Below are positions 45,180 through 56,195 of a DNA stretch of 64,000 nt, piece by piece. This DNA is from a virus (taxonomy: Duplodnaviria > Caudoviricetes). The position numbers and the translations under genes are program-made. Each line of letters starts with the position of its first letter. Position 1 is the first letter of the stretch. The stretch lies in the IMG/VR virus record IMGVR_UViG_3300020577_007133, positions 1 through 64,000 of that record; one strand, given 5' to 3'. Under the pieces are notes generated by a model that saw only the letters and a program-made list of their open reading frames with translations, had not been told where the DNA came from and made no database searches.

Positions 45180-46961
45180 ATGGGATTTAGTGATAGAAAA
45201 CGAAGTATTGATGTTTCCGTTAACATTAACTTAGATTTAAACCAAGAAATAAAACCTAATCAATTTTTAGTTGATAACAACATTAAAAGTGGGGATTTTG
45301 TTACTCGAAAAAAATCAGGTAATATTTTAGCGGGGTCTAAACTTAATGTTGAAGGTCAAGGAATTTATAATGTTAAAGTAATAAAAGGTCTTACTAAGGT
45401 ATTACCTAAACCAATTGAGGTAAATGGGGGGATTCCTCCAACACCAACATTAACTCCAACACCATCTGTAACCCCAACATTAACACCAACACCAACAATA
45501 ACTCCTACTTCAAGTTGTAATTGTACTTATCTTGATGTTACTATTACAGAAAGTGATTTAATATTATCGGTGGGTAATACTGACTTATCACTAAATAATG
45601 CGGTTTTTGTTAAATACCGAAACTGTGGTACAAATACAGTTATAACTAAAAAATACACTTCGGAAGGGACATTCCTTAATGATATTTGTGCGGTTTCAAG
45701 TACTACACCTGGAACTTCTTATTATGCAAATAATTCTCAAGAATTTGGTAGCAGTACCGCGAATAATAATGGTATATGTTGTGTACCTCCAACACCTACA
45801 CCAACCCCAACACCTTCAATAACACCAACAAATACAATAACTCCGACAACAACCCCAACCACAACTCCAACTCCAACACCAACTCCAATATTCCAATTTA
45901 CTAGTCAAAACTTATCGGGTATTGGTGGTCCTAATTATTTTTATTTAACAGACCAAGTAGACAATACTACTTCGTCCTACTTATATGGATTCTTTACCGG
46001 TTACACTTATAATAACACATCTGTGAATTACATAATTAAATTAAATCAAGATTTAACTGTTGATTATAGTTTTACAGGTGGTACTCAATTTAATATTAGT
46101 CCTTGGCCGTTCTTATATAATTCATTGACACAACAACCTGATGGAAAATTAATTGCAACAGGTACTTTTACTCAGTATAGTGGCGTATCCAGAAATAGAA
46201 TTATTAGATTAAATACTGATGGGTCAATTGATAATACATTTAATATTGGTACAGGATTTAATAGTATTACAGAAGGAACGGCAATAGATTCGTTAGGTCG
46301 AATAGTTGTTGTTGGTTTCTTTAGTTCGTATAGTGGAACTTCAAGTTCAAGAATTGCAAGATTAAATAGTAATGGTTCTTATGATTCAACATTTGTAGTT
46401 GGTACAGGATTAGATAATACCGGAGTTGAAGTTTTAATGAATTCAGATGATTCTATGTTTATATCAGGATACTTTAGTTCTTATAATGGAACGTCAACTC
46501 CGAACCATATCACAAAATTATTATCTAATGGTACTATTGACACATCTTTTAGTGGTGGAACAGGTTTTAATACAATTATTTATCAACCAAATGGATTAAT
46601 GAGAATATCCGGGGAAACGTCGTTCTACGCCTTTGGATTCTTTACAACATATAGTGGAGTGTCGGCAAATAGAATTATTAAATTAAATATAAATGGTACT
46701 ATTGACAACACATTTAATAGTGGTACCGGATTTGATAATGTAGTTTCTTTTGGTAGTGTTATATGGGTAAATAAATTATTATTTAATGGTGCGTTCACTT
46801 CATATAACGGGGTATCTTCTAATGGTACTATTATTCTTAATTCTGATGGAACAATATACCAAACATTTACAACTTCATATACGTCAGTATTTACAATTGG
46901 TAGTAAATTATATGGACAACCATTAAATCAACCAATTGAATTACTAACAACATACCCTTAA
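45180..46961 (+). CDS. virion surface protein with TP linkers and delta-60-type beta-propeller repeats
   Basis: PTPTPT tracts; repeats QPDGKLI..RIIRLNTDGSIDNTFNIGTGF. Confidence 0.7.
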   Translation: MGFSDRKRSIDVSVNINLDLNQEIKPNQFLVDNNIKSGDFVTRKKSGNILAGSKLNVEGQGIYNVKVIKGLTKVLPKPIEVNGGIPPTPTLTPTPSVTPTLTPTPTITPTSSCNCTYLDVTITESDLILSVGNTDLSLNNAVFVKYRNCGTNTVITKKYTSEGTFLNDICAVSSTTPGTSYYANNSQEFGSSTANNNGICCVPPTPTPTPTPSITPTNTITPTTTPTTTPTPTPTPIFQFTSQNLSGIGGPNYFYLTDQVDNTTSSYLYGFFTGYTYNNTSVNYIIKLNQDLTVDYSFTGGTQFNISPWPFLYNSLTQQPDGKLIATGTFTQYSGVSRNRIIRLNTDGSIDNTFNIGTGFNSITEGTAIDSLGRIVVVGFFSSYSGTSSSRIARLNSNGSYDSTFVVGTGLDNTGVEVLMNSDDSMFISGYFSSYNGTSTPNHITKLLSNGTIDTSFSGGTGFNTIIYQPNGLMRISGETSFYAFGFFTTYSGVSANRIIKLNINGTIDNTFNSGTGFDNVVSFGSVIWVNKLLFNGAFTSYNGVSSNGTIILNSDGTIYQTFTTSYTSVFTIGSKLYGQPLNQPIELLTTYP

Positions 46962-47010
46962 CATATTATACAACTATTTATATAGGAAAAAAAATATTTA
47001 AATTTAAATT

Positions 47011-48927
47011 ATGGAAAATAATCAAAATACAGATTTAACAGTTTGGCAGAGGTTATCTAGAGCCTTTGGTCCAAATTCGTTATTAAATCAAGATTACCCA
47101 ACATATTCATTAGATAAAAAGGAGTTATTAAAAACAACTTCTAAAGCCGAATATGAAAGGGAAAAATTACAAGCACAACAAACTTATTACTTAGCCAACC
47201 AATGGACTAAAATTGAGAGTAATCTGTATACTCAAGCGGTTTATTATGAGCCAACACGTTTAGCGTCATTTTATGATTATGAATCTATGGAGTATACTCC
47301 GGAAATTTCCGCAGCTTTAGACATTTATGGTGAAGAATCTACCACAGTAGATGAAACCGGTCATATGTTACGTATTTATTCCGAGTCAAAAAGGGTTAAA
47401 TCAATCTTGGATGATTTGTTTAATAATGTTTTAGATATTAATACAAATTTAACTATGTGGACAAGAAATACTTGTAAATATGGTGATAATTTTGTATATC
47501 TTAAATTAGATTCTGATAAAGGTGTTATTGGATGTATGCAATTACCTAACATAGAAATCGAACGTTTGGAACGAGGTATGGCTGCGAAATCAGCAAATAT
47601 TGAGGAACCTATTGAAAACAAAGGTCTCCGTTTCAAATGGAAGGCTAAAGATATGGAATTTAACTCTTGGGAAATCGCCCACTTTAGATTATTAGGTGAT
47701 GATAGAAAACTCCCTTATGGTACTTCTATGTTGGAAAAAGCGAGACGTATTTGGAAGCAATTATTATTATCTGAGGATGCAATGTTAATTTATAGAACAT
47801 CAAGGGCACCGGAGAGACGTGTATTCAAGGTATTCGTTGGTAATATGGATGATAAGGATGTTGAAGCTTACGTACAACGTGTGGCTAACAAATTTAAACG
47901 AGACCAAGTTGTAGATGCTAAGACAGGTAATGTTGATATGAGATTTAATCAGATGGCTGTTGACCAAGATTATTTTATCCCGGTACGTGACCCGGCACAA
48001 ACAATGCCGATTGAAACTTTACAAGGAGCTCAAAACTTATCAGAAATTGCTGATATCGAATATATCCAAAAGAAATTACTTACAGCACTCCGTGTTCCAA
48101 AATCATTCTTAGGGTTTGAAGAAACTGTTGGTGATGGTAAAAATTTATCTTTACAGGATATTCGTTTTGCAAGAACGATTAATAAAATACAAAAATCTAT
48201 GGTTGCCGAATTAAATAAAATCGCAATTATACATTTATTTTTATTAGGTTTTGAAGATGAGTTATCAAACTTTACTTTAACATTAATCAACCCATCAACA
48301 CAAGCGGATTTATTGAAAGTTGAGGTATGGAAAGAAAAAATTAATTTGTATCAACAAGCGGTTGCTGCAATTGATGGTATTGCACCTGTGTCAGTTTCTT
48401 GGGCTAAGAAAAATATTTTAGGTTTCTCCGACGAAGAAATTAAACTAGATTTACAACAACAACGTATTGAAAAAGCGGTTGGTGCTGAATTAACAAACAC
48501 TGCGACAATTATTACTCATACCGGTATTTTTGATAATATCGATAAATTATATGGTAACCCATCAGGGTCAACAAGTGGAGGTGGTGTAGAACCATCATCA
48601 CCGGCACCACCGGGAGGTGGAGGAGGTTTTGGAGGTGGAGACTTCGGAGGAGGTCCTGAACCTGATTTAGGTGGTGAATTAGGTGGTACACCTGAAACAC
48701 CAGGAGGTACACCTGAAACACCGGAAGGTGCTCCTGAAACACCGGGGGCAGAAACACCACCGGAAGGAGAAGAAGAATTAACTCCGGAATCATTTAATAG
48801 AGATAACCTTAAAATCTTATTAGAAAATGATAGTCTGATTGAAGAATCCTCTTATATTGATTTATCCAAGGGTAAAAATTCTTTAGGTGAAATTGAGTCT
48901 CAATTAGGAAAACTTCTAAAAGATTGA
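47011..48927 (+). CDS. portal protein (T4 gp20-like)
   Basis: EDAMLIYRTSRAPERRVFKVFVGN, DYFIPVR, ALRVPK. Confidence 0.95.
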   Translation: MENNQNTDLTVWQRLSRAFGPNSLLNQDYPTYSLDKKELLKTTSKAEYEREKLQAQQTYYLANQWTKIESNLYTQAVYYEPTRLASFYDYESMEYTPEISAALDIYGEESTTVDETGHMLRIYSESKRVKSILDDLFNNVLDINTNLTMWTRNTCKYGDNFVYLKLDSDKGVIGCMQLPNIEIERLERGMAAKSANIEEPIENKGLRFKWKAKDMEFNSWEIAHFRLLGDDRKLPYGTSMLEKARRIWKQLLLSEDAMLIYRTSRAPERRVFKVFVGNMDDKDVEAYVQRVANKFKRDQVVDAKTGNVDMRFNQMAVDQDYFIPVRDPAQTMPIETLQGAQNLSEIADIEYIQKKLLTALRVPKSFLGFEETVGDGKNLSLQDIRFARTINKIQKSMVAELNKIAIIHLFLLGFEDELSNFTLTLINPSTQADLLKVEVWKEKINLYQQAVAAIDGIAPVSVSWAKKNILGFSDEEIKLDLQQQRIEKAVGAELTNTATIITHTGIFDNIDKLYGNPSGSTSGGGVEPSSPAPPGGGGGFGGGDFGGGPEPDLGGELGGTPETPGGTPETPEGAPETPGAETPPEGEEELTPESFNRDNLKILLENDSLIEESSYIDLSKGKNSLGEIESQLGKLLKD

Positions 48928-48948
48928 TATTTATAATAAAAACATATT

Positions 48949-49665
48949 ATGAAATTCGGAATATTAAAATCAAAAATAGAGAACGTATTATTAGAATCAT
49001 ACGCCAACGATACATTTAAAGATGAAATTAAAAATTTCAAAAAATTAGTTTTGGAGAATAAAAATGTAAGTAAATTATTTTACTTGTATGATGAATTAAA
49101 TTCCCCAAAATCATTAAGTGAGTCGTATGCAAGAGAATACATCAATGAATGTATTAAGATGTATGAGAACACAATTAATAAAGTAAAACCTTCAGATTTA
49201 GATAAAATTAAATCTTGGGTTGGTAATAAACAGGTAGAAAATCTTTATGAAAATATTGATACATTATTTTCTACGGATGTATTAACGATTGAATCAAAAA
49301 TTAAAAGTCGTAATATTATTGTTGAGTCATTAAAAAAATTACCGGTTAAAGAAACTACGGGTATTGAATTACCATTAAGTACTATGGTAAGTGTTGCTAA
49401 TAAAACTATTAAATCTTATATCGAAACTCTTAATGAGTCAGAAAGAGAAGAGTTAAAAAAATTATTAAGTGAAGATGATTCAAAATTAAGTTCAGAATTT
49501 GAGGTTATCAAAGAAGACGTGGTTTCAAAATTAACAGAAATGAAAAATGCTAGCACTGATACCACAATGCAAAATAGAATAGATGAAACTTTAACTAAAG
49601 TATTATCTGAAAAATATGACAAATTAACTTATTTCAAACTTAAAGGACTAAAAGAAAATCTTTAA
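48949..49665 (+). CDS. hypothetical head-cluster protein
   Basis: Late motif; after portal. Confidence 0.7.
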   Translation: MKFGILKSKIENVLLESYANDTFKDEIKNFKKLVLENKNVSKLFYLYDELNSPKSLSESYAREYINECIKMYENTINKVKPSDLDKIKSWVGNKQVENLYENIDTLFSTDVLTIESKIKSRNIIVESLKKLPVKETTGIELPLSTMVSVANKTIKSYIETLNESEREELKKLLSEDDSKLSSEFEVIKEDVVSKLTEMKNASTDTTMQNRIDETLTKVLSEKYDKLTYFKLKGLKENL

Positions 49666-49856
49666 TTATTGTTTGATTTAAATTTTTTCTGAACATATTT
49701 AGCTTTATTAAGACCGTCACGTTTAATTACTGACGGTTTTTTAAATTCTTTTCTTTTTGCTAATTCAGAACTCTGTCTTGTTTTGATTACTTTACTTTTG
49801 TAAATTTTCAAAGCTTTCTCAATTGTTATATTATTTTCTAATTTAACTATAATCAT
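49662..49856 (-). CDS. rpsU: ribosomal protein bS21
   Basis: IEKALKIYKSK..RKEFKKPSVIKR..KAKY. Confidence 0.9.
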   Translation of the reverse strand: MIIVKLENNITIEKALKIYKSKVIKTRQSSELAKRKEFKKPSVIKRDGLNKAKYVQKKFKSNNN

Positions 49857-49953
49857 ATACTACATATATCACAAAATTCGGTAAAATTTGACTCCGGGGG
49901 TAAAAATACTTATTTTTTTATTATAATCAATAAACATTATAATATGAAAAAGA

Positions 49954-50412
49954 ATGAAGAAGGGGAAAACCTCTCAACTAAAGGGTTTTAAAACCGCAAA
50001 AGTGTTATACGGAACAGTAGATTCGGTAACATTAAAATCACTTTACTTAAATATTCAAACTTGGGTGGAGCCAATAATTGAGTGTGAAAATTGGAACAGA
50101 ATTGTTCTTAATATGAGTAGAAATGTAAAACACTCAGTCTATAAGACGATAAACAAAAAAATCTTCGACGAAAAATTTATAGTTGATTTAGACCTACGGT
50201 CAAGTGGTTTAAACGTTGATAAAAAATCATTTATGAATCTTGAAATTAATTTTTATCTAATCGATAATACTATAGATTTTAAATCCCTAACAATTAAAGA
50301 AACGTTAAATGATATTACAAATCAAATTTTTATGGATAACTTTTTGAACAATGAAATATTCAAATTTTATCTAACAAAAAAAGATAAATTGTTACAAAGT
50401 GATAATGTTTAA
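49954..50412 (+). CDS. hypothetical protein
   Basis: ORF between bS21 and protease. Confidence 0.75.
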   Translation: MKKGKTSQLKGFKTAKVLYGTVDSVTLKSLYLNIQTWVEPIIECENWNRIVLNMSRNVKHSVYKTINKKIFDEKFIVDLDLRSSGLNVDKKSFMNLEINFYLIDNTIDFKSLTIKETLNDITNQIFMDNFLNNEIFKFYLTKKDKLLQSDNV

Positions 50413-50435
50413 TATTTATTATTAAAACATTGAAT

Positions 50436-51161
50436 ATGAATTTAAAAATATTACAACCAAATGAATCAGGAAGAGGTATTCTTATCGAATATGATGCGGG
50501 TTATATTTCACCAACAGAAACAAGAAATATTGAAATAATCCGTGAATCTAGAGAAATGTTAGACCATTCAAAACCATTTGAGTTTTATGCTGTATTACAA
50601 AAATATAATACACCAAATAGAAATGGTCGTGTTTATCCTGAAAAAATATTAAAAAGAGAAGCAGAAAATTATAAAAAGATGATTAATAAGGGAATTGCTC
50701 TTTCAGAGTTAAATCACCCTGAATCATCTTTAATTGACTTGGATAGAGTTTCTCACGCTATCACAGATGTTTGGTGGGAGGGTAATGTGTTAATGGGTAA
50801 AATTAAATTACTTACCTCTCCGGGATTTCACGAAAGTGGGATTTGTTCTACTAAAGGTGATTTGGCCGCGAACTATCTAAGACAAGGTGTAACTTTAGGT
50901 ATATCATCAAGAGGTGTTGGGTCATTAAAAAAAGTAGGAGAACAAAACGAAGTTCAGGATGATTTTGAACTAATTTGTTTTGACTTAGTATCTTCACCTT
51001 CAACTCCGGGGGCTTATTTATTTTTAAATAAAGAAGACAAACATCTTTATGATGAAAATCTTGAAGAAGAGAAAAAAATGAGTGTTGAAAGACACGTTGG
51101 GGATTCTGGTAATAAATCTCTTGACTTAATGAAAAAATTAAACGATTATTTAGGGTATTAA
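50436..51161 (+). CDS. prohead core protease (T4 gp21-like)
   Basis: NRNGRVYP, ELNHP, VSH, GISSRGVGS, DLVSSPS. Confidence 0.95.
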   Translation: MNLKILQPNESGRGILIEYDAGYISPTETRNIEIIRESREMLDHSKPFEFYAVLQKYNTPNRNGRVYPEKILKREAENYKKMINKGIALSELNHPESSLIDLDRVSHAITDVWWEGNVLMGKIKLLTSPGFHESGICSTKGDLAANYLRQGVTLGISSRGVGSLKKVGEQNEVQDDFELICFDLVSSPSTPGAYLFLNKEDKHLYDENLEEEKKMSVERHVGDSGNKSLDLMKKLNDYLGY

Positions 51162-51178
51162 ACTAAATAGAAAAAAAT

Positions 51179-51388
51179 ATGGACGAAAAGTATTTCATTG
51201 CAAAAATTGCGTTAGAGACCGTGGATAATGAATCCGGTAAAGTAAAAATTAAAAGAGAAGAAAAATTAGTGAGTGGGTACAACCCTACAGATGTGGAGGC
51301 AAAAGTTACTAAAGTTTTTGAAAACTACACAATGGATTGGAGAATCACTGCAATTGTTGAAAGTAAAATTGATGAAGTGATAGAGTAA
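51179..51388 (+). CDS. hypothetical protein (DUF4494-like)
   Basis: GKVKIKREEKLV..TDVEAKV..ITAIVESKIDEV. Confidence 0.6.
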   Translation: MDEKYFIAKIALETVDNESGKVKIKREEKLVSGYNPTDVEAKVTKVFENYTMDWRITAIVESKIDEVIE

Positions 51389-51557
51389 TAATTTTATTCA
51401 ATAATTTAATAAAGAGGACATATCGTCCTCTTTTTTTATGCTTTTTAATTTTTTGATAATATTTATAGAAATATAAAAACCTGTTATGAATTTAGTAAAA
51501 ATTGAACTTTTTTCATAATGGGAGATATTTATATATTAAAATAACATTAAAACAAAA

Positions 51558-53126
51558 ATGGCAAACGAAAAATCTTTAGTTGAAGAGGCTATCATTCAAA
51601 TGAAAAATTTGGAAGAAGCTGTCGCTGAGAATGCAAAAGGAATACTTGCGTCAACAATGTCGCGAGAAATCAAAGAATTAGTAAAAGAATCTCTTACTGA
51701 ACAAGACGAGGATGAGATTGAAACTGACATTGATGTAGAAGAACCTTCAGGTTCTGAGGATATTGCTGACATTGAAATGGATAGTGATGAATTAGATGAT
51801 GAGGATGATGATACAGATATGGATAATATAGATATCGATATGGATATTGATGACGAAGATATGGACGACGAAGATATTGAGGATATGGACGACGAAGATA
51901 TGGACGACGAAGATACCATAGATTTAACTGACGCAGACGATGAAGAAGTTTTAAGAGTGTTTCAATTAATGGGACCGGATGATAATATTGTTGTTACTAA
52001 AGACGACAAAGGAAACACCCACCTAAAAGATGAAGAAACAGGTAAAGAGTATATGATTGTTGGCGAAAGTGAAGAAGAAGAAATGGACGAGTCTTGGGAT
52101 GAGGAAATGGACGAAGAGTGGGGCGGAAACAAAGATGATTTTAAAAGACGTGATGGTCATAAAATTGGTGATGTTGACGGACACTATAAAGATTATGAAT
52201 CAGACGAAGAAGAAATGGACGAGTCAATTGAATCTATCGTAGAAAGAATGTTTAATTCTGATGACGAAGATGATGAGGAAATGGATGAAGAAATGTATGA
52301 ATCTGACGACGAGGAAATGGACGAAGAAATCGTCTATGAAATTGAAATGGATGAAGAAATTGAAGAATCTATTTATGAGTCAAAATCAACAATCAAACCT
52401 AAAGGTGTTGGTATGGGAAAACCTAAGTTCTCATATGATTCAAAACCAAATCAAGGTGAAGGTTTTAAAACTAAAATGAAAGAGGGACCAAAAACTATGG
52501 GTACCGGAAAAGCTAAATTTACTTATAAAGATGGTGAAAACGCCGGAAGTAAATTAAGTAAAAATAAAATGGTGAAAAAATCTGAAACTAAAGAAGGTTC
52601 AACTGTTAAAAAAACAGAAACTAAAGAAGCTTCAAGAACATTAGGTAATGGGTCAGCATTTAGAAAAGGAGGTTTACCAAAACCAAGAGCACATTCTAAA
52701 GTAAATTCATCAATTAAAGAAAATACTTCAAATACCGAATTACAAGTTTTAAGAGAAAAGAATGAAGAATACAGAAAAGCTTTAGATATTTTTAGAAATA
52801 AATTAAATGAAGTTGCGGTATTTAATTCAAACTTAGCTTACGCTACTCGTTTATTTACAGAACATTCTACTTCAAAACAAGAAAAAATAAACATTTTAAG
52901 AAGATTTGATAGTGTTGAAACAATCAAAGAATCTAAAAATTTATATCAGACAATTAAAAATGAATTATCAGAAGTTGGAATTAAAACTCAGTCTGTTAAT
53001 GAATCACTTGAAAGAAAAATTGCTAAAGCACCTTCAACAGGTTCAGCGGTTAACTTAATTGAATCAAAAACATACGAGAATCCACAATTCTTGAGAATGA
53101 AAGATTTAATGTCAAAAATTAAATAA
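51558..53126 (+). CDS. prohead scaffold/core protein
   Basis: Very acidic, coiled-coil C-terminus, directly before capsid. Confidence 0.75.
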   Translation: MANEKSLVEEAIIQMKNLEEAVAENAKGILASTMSREIKELVKESLTEQDEDEIETDIDVEEPSGSEDIADIEMDSDELDDEDDDTDMDNIDIDMDIDDEDMDDEDIEDMDDEDMDDEDTIDLTDADDEEVLRVFQLMGPDDNIVVTKDDKGNTHLKDEETGKEYMIVGESEEEEMDESWDEEMDEEWGGNKDDFKRRDGHKIGDVDGHYKDYESDEEEMDESIESIVERMFNSDDEDDEEMDEEMYESDDEEMDEEIVYEIEMDEEIEESIYESKSTIKPKGVGMGKPKFSYDSKPNQGEGFKTKMKEGPKTMGTGKAKFTYKDGENAGSKLSKNKMVKKSETKEGSTVKKTETKEASRTLGNGSAFRKGGLPKPRAHSKVNSSIKENTSNTELQVLREKNEEYRKALDIFRNKLNEVAVFNSNLAYATRLFTEHSTSKQEKINILRRFDSVETIKESKNLYQTIKNELSEVGIKTQSVNESLERKIAKAPSTGSAVNLIESKTYENPQFLRMKDLMSKIK

Positions 53127-53161
53127 TAAATAAACTAAAAAAACAAATAAAAACCAAAAAA

Positions 53162-54979
53162 ATGGGAGCATTATTAGAATCAGGTCTAGTTGGTAATATT
53201 GGGTTAAAACACCTTAAAGTTATCAAAGAAGATACTATCAACAAATGGGATAAATTAGGATTCCTAGAAGGTCTTAAAGGACACTTAAAAGAAAACGTAG
53301 CTCAGTTATATGAGAACCAAGCGTCTTTCTTAATTAACGAGGCAACAGGTGAAGGTTCAAACGGTTCATTCGAAACGGTTGTATTCCCTATTGTAAGAAG
53401 AGTTTTCTCTAAATTATTAGCGAACGAAATCGTATCAGTACAAGCAATGAACTTACCAATCGGTAAATTATTCTACTTTGTACCTAAAATTCAAGGTTTC
53501 TCAGGTGGAACTATTAGTCAATCAGGTGACCACTACTCACCGGTAGGTTCTCCGGGTAATTACCCTGGTAATCCAACTAATGGTTATACAGGTGCAGGAG
53601 CATACCAAAAAAACCTTTATGATTTATTCTACGAAGGTACTGAACCAGGTTTAGACCCTGAAGGATTATTCGACTATTCAAAAGGTAGATGGTCGGCTAT
53701 TACGGCTAACTGTCAAACTGTTGCGTGGTCTAATGGTGATTTAGTAACATCAGCATATACTGCGGGAGAATTTAGAAAAATTTTAGTTGCTATGTCAGGT
53801 TTCTCATCTACGGGTGATGGAAAATTAATCGGACCTAACGGTCAAGAAATGGATACTGAAGAGTTTTTATCAGGTCTTAGATTATTCACTTCTGACTCAA
53901 CTGTGGCAACACAATTAGGTACATCAACTTATAGTAATTTATTATTTAGAGTTGTAACTCAAAAATACGGTAAAGGTATTGCACAATATGGAACTACAAC
54001 AACTACTACTTGGCCTACTGATGGTAATGGTGGTTCATTTAAAAACATTTGTGACGCTACAGGTGTTATCTATTTAGAAATTGATACTCAAGTACCGGTT
54101 TGTGTTTCTTGTGGTCAATCAACACCTGATGGTTATTCAGGAGCTACTATTACAACAGCAGCTTGGTCAGGTACAGGTGCTAGCTCACCAATTAAAGCGG
54201 CTTTCAGACGTTACGAAGAGTTAGAGTTTGAAGATAAAATCGGTGAAGTTTCTTTCGATTTAGAATCTGTTACAGTTTCTGTTACTGAAAGAAAATTAAG
54301 AGCACAATGGTCTCCTGAGTTAGCTCAAGACGTTGCGGCTTTCCACAACATCGATGCTGAAGCTGAATTAACAGCTTTATTATCTGAACAAGTTGCAGCA
54401 GAAATTGACCGTGAAATCTTACGTGATTTACGTAAAGGTGCAGCTTGGACATTACGTTGGGATTACAACGGATGGAGAAGATTATCAGCAACAACTTCTT
54501 ATACTCAAAAAGATTGGAACCAAACGTTAATCACTGCGATTAACCAATTATCAGCACAAATCCACAAATCTACATTAAGAGGTGGTGCTAACTGGATTGT
54601 AGTTTCATCTGAGGTTTCAGCTATCTTTGACGATTTAGAATACTTCCACGTATCTAACGCGTCTCCTGAGCAAGACCAATACAATATGGGTATTGAAAGA
54701 GTTGGTACATTAGCAGGTCGTTACCAAGTATACCGTGACCCTTACTTCCCAGCAAACACTGTGTTAATCGGTCACAAAGGTACATCGTTACTTGATACAG
54801 GTTACATCTACGCTCCGTACGTACCGTTACAATTAACACCAACAATGTACAACCCATTCAACTTTACACCTATTAAAGGTATAATGACACGTTACGCTAA
54901 GAAAATGGTTAACGACCGTTTCTATGGTAAAATCACAGTTGATGGTGTTAGAACATTCGATTTAAGAGAATTGAGATAA
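53162..54979 (+). CDS. major capsid protein (T4 gp23-like)
   Basis: VSVQAMNLP, RKLRAQWSPELAQD, EIDREI, YAPYVPL, GIMTRYA. Confidence 0.95.
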   Translation: MGALLESGLVGNIGLKHLKVIKEDTINKWDKLGFLEGLKGHLKENVAQLYENQASFLINEATGEGSNGSFETVVFPIVRRVFSKLLANEIVSVQAMNLPIGKLFYFVPKIQGFSGGTISQSGDHYSPVGSPGNYPGNPTNGYTGAGAYQKNLYDLFYEGTEPGLDPEGLFDYSKGRWSAITANCQTVAWSNGDLVTSAYTAGEFRKILVAMSGFSSTGDGKLIGPNGQEMDTEEFLSGLRLFTSDSTVATQLGTSTYSNLLFRVVTQKYGKGIAQYGTTTTTTWPTDGNGGSFKNICDATGVIYLEIDTQVPVCVSCGQSTPDGYSGATITTAAWSGTGASSPIKAAFRRYEELEFEDKIGEVSFDLESVTVSVTERKLRAQWSPELAQDVAAFHNIDAEAELTALLSEQVAAEIDREILRDLRKGAAWTLRWDYNGWRRLSATTSYTQKDWNQTLITAINQLSAQIHKSTLRGGANWIVVSSEVSAIFDDLEYFHVSNASPEQDQYNMGIERVGTLAGRYQVYRDPYFPANTVLIGHKGTSLLDTGYIYAPYVPLQLTPTMYNPFNFTPIKGIMTRYAKKMVNDRFYGKITVDGVRTFDLRELR

Positions 54980-55008
54980 TCAAAATCTTAAAATATAAAA
55001 AAAGAGGA

Positions 55009-55227
55009 CTATATGTCCTCTTTTTTATTTGTTACCCTAATCGCTTTGGATAAGACCTCACATTCACCCAATGAATATATTCCGGATTGATATGCGTATT
55101 TAACGGCTTGTGTTAAATAATAAATTCCGTGTTCTTTTGTCATAGTTGATATGATAGCATCCAAATGTTGTTCTGTTTGTATTGGGATAGATTCAAATAA
55201 TTTTCCGAATAAAGATTGTTCTTCCAT
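55009..55227 (-). CDS. hypothetical protein
   Basis: ORF. Confidence 0.65.
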   Translation of the reverse strand: MEEQSLFGKLFESIPIQTEQHLDAIISTMTKEHGIYYLTQAVKYAYQSGIYSLGECEVLSKAIRVTNKKEDI

Positions 55228-55255
55228 TTTAGTATTTTTAGATATTTATAATTAT

Positions 55256-55639
55256 ATGAAAAAAAATAACAAAATACAGATTACAGAAGCAACCGGTGAT
55301 AGTTCCGGGGGAAGAGGTTCTTATGTCGCACCAATGCAATTGGGTATTAGACAATTTAAAAAATCTCAGATGGGGCCGTTTACCATTCCGGTATCCAAAT
55401 ACGATAGTCCGGAATTAGAGTACGATAGTTATGATGGTTCGATGGATGAAACAAATAAACAGATTAAGAAAATAGAATCCAAAGCAAAAAAAGTAACTAA
55501 TTATATTAAAAAACACCCAAATTCAACATTTAGTGATGATGAAGGTAATAATATAAATCAAACTCCCGGTAAAAATAAAACCATTGTCCCAATTATTGGA
55601 GAATGGATTGAGATAACCCAAGATACTATTATAGAATAA
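55256..55639 (+). CDS. hypothetical late protein
   Basis: Late motif at about 55242; ITEA site. Confidence 0.65.
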   Translation: MKKNNKIQITEATGDSSGGRGSYVAPMQLGIRQFKKSQMGPFTIPVSKYDSPELEYDSYDGSMDETNKQIKKIESKAKKVTNYIKKHPNSTFSDDEGNNINQTPGKNKTIVPIIGEWIEITQDTIIE

Positions 55640-55646
55640 AAAACCC

Positions 55647-56090
55647 CTACTCTAAAGAGGGGTTTTTTGTTTTAATCAAAATTTTATTTTTTAGTTTTGA
55701 TAATGAATATTCAACCTGTGATTTCATTTGGTCAATTCTCTTCATTCTATTTTCTTGTACTTTATTGTCGTACATATTAATCATTTTTTTCCATTCTCTA
55801 TCACTTAATGGTATATTACTATAATAACATACGTGATTAATTATTGTTATTTTTTTATCATCAAGTATTATAAAAATGCCCAATTTTTTATTCTCAACTA
55901 TTCTGTGTGATGATAAAGGTGCAATCTCGTAAATTGAGTTAATATGTCTAAGTACGTTCCGGAAAATGAATTTACAATCATTAATATCGGCTAATCTTCC
56001 CGGGTCAACAATATCATAAAAGTTTTTTAACTCTAAAAGTTTTTTCTTAACTCTTCTTCGTTTTATTTTACGTTTTAAAAATTTTATCAT
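55647..56090 (-). CDS. hypothetical basic protein
   Basis: ATG at 56090 after a host-type promoter. Confidence 0.6.
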   Translation of the reverse strand: MIKFLKRKIKRRRVKKKLLELKNFYDIVDPGRLADINDCKFIFRNVLRHINSIYEIAPLSSHRIVENKKLGIFIILDDKKITIINHVCYYSNIPLSDREWKKMINMYDNKVQENRMKRIDQMKSQVEYSLSKLKNKILIKTKNPSLE

Positions 56091-56195
56091 AACTTTAAAA
56101 TTATTGGACAAATATACGAATAAAAAAATAAACACCAAAAAAAAATGGAAAAAAATTAATTTTTCCATTTTAAATAATTTTTTTCCTATAACTTT

